NCBI GenBank assembly: GCA_964450735.1
Contig: CAYVDC010000009.1
Span: 1-55,834, forward strand
Reading direction: 5' to 3'
Length of the DNA stretch: 55,834 nucleotides
Source: an uncultured Candidatus Saccharibacteria bacterium
GTDB lineage: Bacteria; Patescibacteriota; Minisyncoccia; Phycocordibacterales; UBA9973
Below, piece after piece: positions 45,381-52,204 of this stretch (its first letter is position 1; each line of letters starts with the position of its first letter). Made by a program: the position numbers and the translations under genes. The notes beneath the pieces are model-generated. The model was not told the DNA's origin. It saw only the letters and a list, made by a program, of their open reading frames with translations, and made no database searches.

Positions 45381-46559
45381 TTACTCATTTGTTCCTTCAT
45401 TAGTAGGTTCTTTTTCTGAGATATCTTCGCAGTTTATCTTATGAAGCAAAACATCGATAATTTTTTTATTTATCGTTGGAAAATCATATTTAAACTCATC
45501 TTTTTTCAATCCATCACTTCCATCTATTTGTTCTGGGGAAATAATTTCAATATTATTATTTTTTATATTATTCTTACCGAATCTTTCTCCTATTTCCTTC
45601 TTAGCTTTAGCACTGTGAGCAATAACATAAATCATGAGTGTAGGATTTGAGTTTGCTGCTCTTAATGTTATTTCACATATATGTTCATCAGAAAAAGAGA
45701 ATCCCATTACAAAAAGAACTGTGTTTTCTTTTTCAAGCTCGTTTGAGTATAAACGCAATAGCTCATAATATGTTTGATTCATAAGAGTATGTTTGAATTT
45801 CTCTTTAGTTGGATTAACAACTATTAAGAGACTCTCATAGGCTTCCATGAATATATCTAGCGAGGGATCCACCGCCATACCTGTAGCTGCCGCAATAAGA
45901 GTGTCGATTGTTGAAGTATCTGAAATAGGTAATATCTTACTGCTATCAATATTCTTTCCTGCTACTTTTTTTATATGTTCTAGTCCGTATGAAAAAATAA
46001 CATCGTTGTTTTTTATTTCCCACGACAAGGATCCGTGCAACTTTGAGAGATTGAACACGGGGAGCTCAGCTGTATTATCATAATGTAAACTTTTTTTGAA
46101 GTGGGATTTTTTAAAATTACTTAGACTGAATTTAGGTTCAAATCTACCATTAAATCCATCGTTATACTCGAGGTTTAAATCCTCCAACGCTTTTTCTAAA
46201 AAAATATCAACATTTGTAGTAAATATATTAGCTTCTTTACTCAGTAAAGTAACTTTCCTTTTAAGGAGAATGGAATTTAAAGCTTTAAGGAAAAACCTAT
46301 ACTGTTCAAGAACCACAAGCACATCTGCGTCAGGTATTAATATATTTGGATTTTTTTCAATTACTTCGTCAAAGTACTTTTTATAAAGCGAGGCTCTAAT
46401 AATTTTTTTAACGCCAGAATCAAGCTCTCCCCGCTTTTCAAGTTCGCTAAGCAAGGTCTCAATACTACCTAGAGTTTTAAGATAAGGCGAAGAAAGCCCT
46501 GAGCCCATCAGGAAATTAATATTACAATCTTGAATTATATCTTTGATTTTATCGTGCAT
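45381..46559 (-). CDS. SIR2-like (SIR2_2-type) NAD-binding domain protein
   Basis: The motifs NFLMGSGLSSPYL (GxGxS), FNLSKLHGSLSW (catalytic-His context) and LFVMGFSFSDEHI are present. The gene lies 5 nt upstream of the HerA gene. Confidence 0.75.
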   Translation of the reverse strand: MHDKIKDIIQDCNINFLMGSGLSSPYLKTLGSIETLLSELEKRGELDSGVKKIIRASLYKKYFDEVIEKNPNILIPDADVLVVLEQYRFFLKALNSILLKRKVTLLSKEANIFTTNVDIFLEKALEDLNLEYNDGFNGRFEPKFSLSNFKKSHFKKSLHYDNTAELPVFNLSKLHGSLSWEIKNNDVIFSYGLEHIKKVAGKNIDSSKILPISDTSTIDTLIAAATGMAVDPSLDIFMEAYESLLIVVNPTKEKFKHTLMNQTYYELLRLYSNELEKENTVLFVMGFSFSDEHICEITLRAANSNPTLMIYVIAHSAKAKKEIGERFGKNNIKNNNIEIISPEQIDGSDGLKKDEFKYDFPTINKKIIDVLLHKINCEDISEKEPTNEGTNE

Positions 46560-46838
46560 ATTTTATATGAATCCATTCTAAGTTTCGTAAGTCTTGAAGC
46601 AAGAAGACACGAAGGGCATCAAATAGAGAAATATGATGGATTAAAGCATTAAATAGCACAATTATCAAATTAAATCTGATTTTAAAGTTTAGAAAAACTT
46701 TAAGTTTCTGAAAGACAGGAACATTAAAATCTACTCTTTTAAATGAAGCTTTGTTTACTTACATAACATAGTCCAAAATGAATTATAAATCATTAATCAA
46801 TTTGTTTAAAAAAACAAAAAAACATTCTTATGGAAGGT

Positions 46839-46991
46839 CTAATTTGCCTTTTTGCTAATTTTTTTACTTGTTACCTCCTGCAAAACCTTATTCTTCGTCT
46901 TAATATACTTACCTAGCGCCTCACTAGCCTCCTTTCTTATTTGTTTTAGGGTTTTTCCCTGAGTGCTTATTAAAAACATTAGTCTTTTCAT
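46839..46991 (-). CDS. Possible small basic protein (50 aa)
   Basis: Hand translation gives MKRLMFLISTQGKTLKQIRKEASEALGKYIKTKNKVLQEVTSKKISKKAN. It lies 15 nt downstream of the 47007..47438 gene. Coding status is uncertain. Confidence 0.25.
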   Translation of the reverse strand: MKRLMFLISTQGKTLKQIRKEASEALGKYIKTKNKVLQEVTSKKISKKAN

Positions 46992-47006
46992 TTTTATAAC
47001 TTTGGG

Positions 47007-47438
47007 TTAATTTCTCATAAGCCTAACCTTTTTTAAAAACAGCTTTTTAGTCTTTTGGTAAATTTCTCCTTTATTACCTGCGGAATCTTCAAAACCTTCT
47101 TCTTTAAGGGTTCGGGTAATTTTTGTACACAAACCATCTATTGCTGAGTAATTGATTACATTACCATCAGTAATAATCTCTTTGAGATCTTCAGGATTTT
47201 GATATTTGATTAAATCTTGTATTCTATTTTCTAATCGGAGATCTTTAATGTAATGATAAGTAACAAAACTCAAAACTAGAATTCCGCAAAAACCTGCGCC
47301 GACCTCTAACCCAAGTAATTTTTCAAATAGATTCGCGAGCAGAAAGATTAATACCAGAAAGCCAACATATAAGGCAATTAACCCCAATCTCGGGATAAAG
47401 ACGTCCATTAACCAAACTATTATTTTTTCTGTTTTCAT
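47007..47438 (-). CDS. Hypothetical two-TM membrane protein with soluble C-terminal domain
   Basis: 143 aa with the helices LGLIALYVGFLVLIFLLANLF and GAGFCGILVLSFVTYHYI. Confidence 0.45.
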   Translation of the reverse strand: MKTEKIIVWLMDVFIPRLGLIALYVGFLVLIFLLANLFEKLLGLEVGAGFCGILVLSFVTYHYIKDLRLENRIQDLIKYQNPEDLKEIITDGNVINYSAIDGLCTKITRTLKEEGFEDSAGNKGEIYQKTKKLFLKKVRLMRN

Positions 47439-47465
47439 AAAATCAAATTATGTAAATTAAATACA

Positions 47466-47640
47466 AAAAGCCCACCACATGGAGTTGAGGGCTTTTACAC
47501 CCTCCCTACCTGTTTCCAAGTAGGGCCTGCAAAGACAAATCTCCATAATGATGGGTTCTTTATGTCTTTGCAGGACTCGCTTCACCATGCCGCCGATTAC
47601 TCGAGGGTTTAGGCTACTCTATTAAGTTGTAACCCTACGA
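47466..47640 (-). ncRNA. Candidate structured small RNA (minus strand) in the primase upstream region
   Basis: Four hairpins are present. The first is a perfect 12-bp stem pairing 47526-47537 with 47563-47574. The second is a 6-bp stem pairing 47504-47509 with 47520-47525. The third is a 6-bp stem pairing 47604-47609 with 47631-47636. The fourth is a terminal hairpin pairing 47466-47473 with 47489-47496, followed by a T-run on the minus strand. No ORF is present. Strand and extent are inferred only. Confidence 0.25.
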
Positions 47641-47726
47641 TACCATTTTTGAGCAATTTGTCTAACGAGATTTGCACTTGCATTATTTTTCTATAAGTTC
47701 TAAACTGCCGACAGCAGTAATGCTTT

Positions 47727-47831
47727 CAGATAATTTTTAAGATAACATTACCTTTTACTCGCAGAGAATACACCCGATAATTTCTAAGATAATATTTCAG
47801 ATAATTTAAAGATAAACGCTCGTTTATCTTT
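47727..47831. repeat. Iteron-like array (six direct [ac][ag]GATAA units plus an 11-bp inverted repeat), candidate replication origin or Rep-binding region
   Basis: The direct units are cagataattt (47727), aagataac (47739), cgataattt (47775), aagataat (47786), cagataattt (47798) and aagataaac (47809). The inverted repeat pairs aaagataaacg (47808-47818) with cgtttatcttt (47821-47831). Confidence 0.55.
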
Positions 47832-47978
47832 TTTGCTTTTAAATTCACAAATTCGAGTGTAATTTCCGAACGTTACTAAGTAGTCCATTGCTTACTTGGC
47901 AGGTCTCGCCTATTGGCGTTCGGAAAACCTACCAAGTAAGGAGTGGATTTTCTTATTGGCTTAAGAAGATTACATAAC

Positions 47979-50213
47979 ATGAATAAATTAGTGATTGCTG
48001 AGGCGCTTAAACTGCATGCCCTTGGTTGGAGTATCATCCCGGTTGGAAAAGATAAGCGTCCATTACTAGCGTGGAAAGAGTTTCAAGAGCGGGTATCTAC
48101 GATAGATGAAATAAAATTATGGTTTAGTACTTGGCCGGATGCAAATATAGCAGTTGTGACTGGTCCAATATCAGGGATAGTAGTTCTCGATATTGATGCC
48201 AAACATAATCGTTCGATAAAAGAGTTTCAGATTCCACCTACCATAATTTCAAAAACTGGAGGAGGTGGATCTCATGTTTTCTTCAAATATCCAGGTAAAC
48301 TAGTGCCGAACTCAAACGGTTCTCTATTGGGTGTAGGTGTCGATATTAAGGGAGATGCGGGGTATGCAATACTACCTCCCTCCTCACATGCGTCAGGGAA
48401 TAACTACGCATGGCAAGAACTTTGTGCTCCAGGAGAAATGGAACTAGGGGAAATTCCTGAATGGTTAAGTAAAAAACTATTCTCTAGCAATCAAAGTCAT
48501 ACCCCTAAATTATGGGAAAAAGATCCTTCAGAAATAATTGAAGGAGGAAGAAATGAGGCGGCCGCATCTATGGCAGGAAAAATTATGAGCTTGGTACCAC
48601 CCAATCAGCTAGATACTGTTGGCTGGGATAGATTTGGCTTTTGGAACCACCGTTTACCTAGTCCTCTACCACCAAAGGAACTTAGAGCAGTATGGGAGAG
48701 TATTAAAAAATATCAGGCGGCTGATTCCAAGGAAATTAAAGATAAAAATGAATCCATCTCACAAAAAATTATAAACATAATATTGAATGAATCTGATGCA
48801 ATGCTATTTCATAACGAACAAAGTGATGCATATATATGTATAAAAATCCTAAACAGATGGGAGGTGTGGCCGTGCAGAAGTAAAAATATAAAACGTCTGT
48901 TATCTAGTATCGCTTGGCAAAAATTAAAAAACCCCTTAGGATCTGAAGCTCTAAAAAGTATTATCGCTGTACTTGAAGGAAAAGCGATTTTTGAAGGACC
49001 TAAAATAAAATTAAGTAATAGAGCTGCTCTCCATGAGAATGAACTTTGGTACGACTTAACTAACGAAAAATGGCAGGCGGTAAGAATAAATAAAGACGGC
49101 TGGAATATTATAGAGAAACCGCCTATTCTTTTTACTAGGTACTCACATAATAAATCACAGGTGATGCCTAGCAAGGAAGGAGATGTAAAATTATTCTTAA
49201 ACTACATCAATATAACTGACGCAGAACAACGATTACTTCTTTTAGTATTTTTAGTTAGCAGTTTTATTCCTGATTATCCTCATGTAATGTTGATAATTTT
49301 TGGATCTCAAGGTTCTTCCAAATCTACATTATCGAAACTAATGAGGCTTATTATCGATCCCTCAACAATTGAAGTCGCCAGTCTACCAAGTAGAAATAAT
49401 GAACTGATCCAGATGCTCGCACATCACTATTTCATTTTTTTTGATAATTTGTCTTATATCAATGACGAGCAGTCCGACACTATATGTAAAGCAATTACTG
49501 GAAGTGGTTTTGCAAAACGGGAATTATATGAGAATGATGAGGATATAATTTATAGCTTCATGCGACGTTTAGGAATAAACGGTATAAATCTTGTGGCTAA
49601 TCGTGCCGATCTATTAGAACGAAGCCTATTAATAGAACTTCAAAGAATAGACCCTAGAAACAGAAAATCAGAGCGTGAACTATATGAAAATTTCTACAGA
49701 GATCTACCGGCAATCATAGGTGGAGTATTCGAAGTATTAGTTAAAGCATTAAAAATTAAACCTACTATAGAATCAGAATCTCTTCCCAGAATGGCAGATT
49801 GGACTCTTTGGGGTTGTGCAATTGCCGAAGCAATGGGGTATACGAAAGAAAAATTCCTATATGCTTATGAAAATAATATAAAACGCCAGACGGAAATGCT
49901 CTTAAATGAAAACATTGTCGCCACTGCAATTATCACGTTTATGGAAGATAAAGATAAGTGGCGATCTACACCTACAGATTTATTAACCAATCTAGTAAAT
50001 CAGGCTAGTTTTACAAATATTGATACCCGTGAAAAGTATTGGCCTAAAGGAGCGGGTGCACTATCTAGGAGGTTGAATGAATTAAGTACTCCTTTAAAAC
50101 AAATGGGATTTCTAGTAACAATCAGTACTTCTGGAACAGAGCGTTGGATCGAAATACAAAAAACAACTAAATTAAAACCTGACGATACTGACAGTATTTC
50201 TCAGACAATATAA
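47979..50213 (+). CDS. Bifunctional primase-polymerase (Prim-Pol) with PriCT-like segment and C-terminal P-loop (SF3/D5-like) NTPase
   Basis: The Prim-Pol motifs are GWSIIPVGKDKRPLLAWKEFQ, VVLDIDAKH and GGGGSHVFF. The PriCT-like segment is EGGRNEAAASMAGKI. Walker A is FGSQGSSKSTLSKL and Walker B is FIFFDNLS. The ORF-track start 47943 (GTG) overlaps an AAGGAG, so ATG 47979 is used here, but the true start is uncertain. Confidence 0.85.
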   Translation: MNKLVIAEALKLHALGWSIIPVGKDKRPLLAWKEFQERVSTIDEIKLWFSTWPDANIAVVTGPISGIVVLDIDAKHNRSIKEFQIPPTIISKTGGGGSHVFFKYPGKLVPNSNGSLLGVGVDIKGDAGYAILPPSSHASGNNYAWQELCAPGEMELGEIPEWLSKKLFSSNQSHTPKLWEKDPSEIIEGGRNEAAASMAGKIMSLVPPNQLDTVGWDRFGFWNHRLPSPLPPKELRAVWESIKKYQAADSKEIKDKNESISQKIINIILNESDAMLFHNEQSDAYICIKILNRWEVWPCRSKNIKRLLSSIAWQKLKNPLGSEALKSIIAVLEGKAIFEGPKIKLSNRAALHENELWYDLTNEKWQAVRINKDGWNIIEKPPILFTRYSHNKSQVMPSKEGDVKLFLNYINITDAEQRLLLLVFLVSSFIPDYPHVMLIIFGSQGSSKSTLSKLMRLIIDPSTIEVASLPSRNNELIQMLAHHYFIFFDNLSYINDEQSDTICKAITGSGFAKRELYENDEDIIYSFMRRLGINGINLVANRADLLERSLLIELQRIDPRNRKSERELYENFYRDLPAIIGGVFEVLVKALKIKPTIESESLPRMADWTLWGCAIAEAMGYTKEKFLYAYENNIKRQTEMLLNENIVATAIITFMEDKDKWRSTPTDLLTNLVNQASFTNIDTREKYWPKGAGALSRRLNELSTPLKQMGFLVTISTSGTERWIEIQKTTKLKPDDTDSISQTI

Positions 50214-50218
50214 TTTAT

Positions 50219-50374
50219 ATGGCAATCTCACCAGAACAACTGGAGAGATTCATTAAACTGTATTCTAACGAGTATGGGGTTATTTTGAGCGAAGAAAAAG
50301 CTATTAGCGAAATAAACAAATTAGCCCAACTCTATAGAGCTGTATATCGAAATAAACAAGGCAATACGGTATAA
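50219..50374 (+). CDS. Possible small protein (51 aa) between primase and recombinase
   Basis: Hand translation gives MAISPEQLERFIKLYSNEYGVILSEEKAISEINKLAQLYRAVYRNKQGNTV. It starts 6 nt after the primase stop and is below the ORF-track cutoff. Confidence 0.35.
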   Translation: MAISPEQLERFIKLYSNEYGVILSEEKAISEINKLAQLYRAVYRNKQGNTV

Positions 50375-50381
50375 TATCCAG

Positions 50382-50479
50382 GCTACACGTTGGATTATCA
50401 TTAATCGTTTTAAGCTCAGGAGAGGGGCTGACAGAGTCTTACGTGTAGCAACTTAAGACGATTAACTGTCATCCCCTCT
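50382..50479 (+). promoter_or_regulatory. Three interleaved inverted repeats upstream of the recombinase gene
   Basis: S1 pairs 50382-50390 with 50441-50449 (9 bp, perfect). S2 pairs 50401-50414 with 50452-50465 (14 bp, one T:G). S3 pairs 50421-50434 with 50466-50479 (14 bp, one mismatch). The order is S1 S2 S3 S1' S2' S3'. Confidence 0.5.
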
Positions 50480-50501
50480 TTTGAGTTTTTAACCAAATAT
50501 T

Positions 50502-52142
50502 ATGCAAGCAATTAAAGCGACAAAATACATCGCATATCTCCGTAAATCTACAGACGACAAAGAGAAGCAGATGCTTTCATTAGAAAGCCAAGCGGAGGTT
50601 ATAAAAAGACTCCAGGTACTTCATGATGTTACCATCATAGAAACAATAGAGGAAAAGCAATCCGCAAAAATGCCAGGACGACCGGGGTTCGACAAAATGA
50701 TGAATATGATCGAAAAAGGGAAAGCAGACGGAATCATTACTTGGCAGATTAGTCGCCTTTCCAGAAACATGAAGGACTCTGGACAGATGATGTATCTTAC
50801 TGACTGCGGACTACTTAAAACAGTAATTACAGAACAAACAACATACTCTAAAGATTCCATGGAACAATTTATGTTTGGACTTCAATCACTTACTGCCAAA
50901 CTTGAAAATGATAGGACTGCTTATAATGTTAAAACCGGAATGACCACATGTGCTCGTAAAGGAATTTATCCTGCTTGCCCACCTCTTGGTTATTTAACAG
51001 ATCGTGGAGGTATTAAAGGCGCACGAAAAAGAGAAATTGATCCCATTCGCTTTCCTATTATTCGAAGAATGTGGGACCTAATGCTCACGGGAAGTTACAC
51101 ACCTTATGAAATACTTAACAAGGCTACAGAATTATGGGGATTAAGAAATCGTAACAATATAAAACTTTGTAAGTCACAGATTTATAATATTTTTAATAAT
51201 ACTTTTTACTATGGTGAATTTGAATGGCCGATTGGTAGCGGAGATACCTACAAAGGAATTCATCAACCGATGGTAACGCGGGACGAATTTGATCGAGTTC
51301 AAAAAATGATTGGAAAAACGGGACGCTCCCGCCCTTTAAAACACCACTTCCCTTTTGCAGGCTGTTCTTTATCTTGCAGTGAATGTGAATCCGCTATTTC
51401 AGGATATGAAAAATTCAAAACACAAAAGAATGGGAACAAACACCAATATCGTTATTATGGTTGCAACAAAAGAAAGAAAACAATTTGCACTCAAAAACCA
51501 ATGAGGGAAGATATGTTGGATGAGCAGATAGAAATAGTGTTGAAATCCATTCAGATTCCCGAAGGCGTCCACGAACTATTAATGGAAATCATTAGAGATG
51601 AGAACAAAGTCCAGTTCGAAGCTATATACGCCCAGAATGAGGCCAATAAACAAGCATACGGCCTTATGCTAAAAAAGATTGATGGGCTTATTGATATGCG
51701 AGCTACGGGCCTTATAGACGATACCCAGTTTCAAAGTAGGAGAATAGAAGCTGAAAAGGAACGAGACCGCTTGAGAGAACTAATTAAGAACACAGATCAG
51801 AATGTAACGGGTTGGATTGATACTGCAGACAAGATGTTTACATTTGCTGAACATGCAGTAAATCGCTTCAAAGGTGCTGACAATAATACTAAACGAGAGA
51901 TACTCACTAGTTTAGGTTGGAACCTGTCTATAAAGGAAAGAAAGCTAGATTTATCAAGGGAAAACTGGATTGTACCAGTTCAAAGTATGGCAAAAGTGAT
52001 AAATGAAAATCTAGCTCGGTTGGAACCTATTTCACCCATAAAACAAAAGACCGAATCCAGAAAATCTGAACTCGGTCTTATACTGTGCACGGGAGAAGAC
52101 TTGAACTTCCATTCCCTTGCGGGAGCTACCACCTCAAGGTAG
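50502..52142 (+). CDS. Large serine recombinase (resolvase/invertase N-terminal domain, recombinase domain, zinc-ribbon)
   Basis: The N-terminus is YLRKSTDDKEKQMLSLESQ. GIITWQISRLSRN is also present, and the Cys-rich ribbon reads CSECESAISG...YRYYGCNKRKKTIC. The last 57 nt overlap the antisense tRNA-Leu. Confidence 0.9.
   Translation: MQAIKATKYIAYLRKSTDDKEKQMLSLESQAEVIKRLQVLHDVTIIETIEEKQSAKMPGRPGFDKMMNMIEKGKADGIITWQISRLSRNMKDSGQMMYLTDCGLLKTVITEQTTYSKDSMEQFMFGLQSLTAKLENDRTAYNVKTGMTTCARKGIYPACPPLGYLTDRGGIKGARKREIDPIRFPIIRRMWDLMLTGSYTPYEILNKATELWGLRNRNNIKLCKSQIYNIFNNTFYYGEFEWPIGSGDTYKGIHQPMVTRDEFDRVQKMIGKTGRSRPLKHHFPFAGCSLSCSECESAISGYEKFKTQKNGNKHQYRYYGCNKRKKTICTQKPMREDMLDEQIEIVLKSIQIPEGVHELLMEIIRDENKVQFEAIYAQNEANKQAYGLMLKKIDGLIDMRATGLIDDTQFQSRRIEAEKERDRLRELIKNTDQNVTGWIDTADKMFTFAEHAVNRFKGADNNTKREILTSLGWNLSIKERKLDLSRENWIVPVQSMAKVINENLARLEPISPIKQKTESRKSELGLILCTGEDLNFHSLAGATTSR
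52041..52088. repeat. Right copy of the 48-nt imperfect direct repeat (tRNA-Leu terminator plus the last 3 nt of the tRNA)
   Basis: aaacaaaagaccgaatccagaaaatctgaactcggtcttatactgtgc matches 35545-35592 at 39/48 positions. It contains the minus-strand terminator hairpin (52049-52060 with 52066-52077). Confidence 0.6.
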
Positions 52143-52169
52143 TGCGTCTACCAGTTTCGCCACCCGTGC
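52086..52169 (-). tRNA. tRNA-Leu (anticodon GAG), class II with long variable arm
   Basis: The reverse complement folds as a cloverleaf. The acceptor pairs GCACGGG with CCCGTGC. The anticodon stem pairs CTACC with GGTAG around loop TTGAGGT. The variable arm is TCCC-GCAA-GGGA, and the T-arm is GGAAG-TTCAAGT-CTTCT. Confidence 0.9.
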
Positions 52170-52204
52170 ATATGCGCCGTAATGTAGATTACTGCGCGAG
52201 AGAA

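Larger units (their letters stand above)
35545..52088. mobile_element. Composite integrative island at tRNA-Leu (metal-resistance module 35.6-42.8 kb, then defence/primase/recombinase module 42.8-52.1 kb)
   Basis: The evidence is the flanking 48-nt imperfect direct repeats, the position next to the tRNA 3' end, the serine recombinase and Prim-Pol primase genes, accessory cargo, and visibly lower GC than the flanks (by eye, especially 43-50 kb). Confidence 0.6.

Noticed and set aside
47943-47978. The ORF track gives a GTG start at 47943 for the primase (MDFLIGLRRLHN extension).
   Set aside because: The GTG overlaps the AAGGAG it would need as a ribosome-binding site. The conserved Prim-Pol domain begins right after ATG 47979. 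The start remains uncertain and is discussed in a finding.
52086-52169. I compared the 112-nt repeats with tRNA-Leu to see whether they derive from it.
   Set aside because: Beyond the shared downstream junction (tgtgc plus a terminator-like flank for copy A) and a short GTCNTCT similarity, the sequences do not align. No derivation is claimed.
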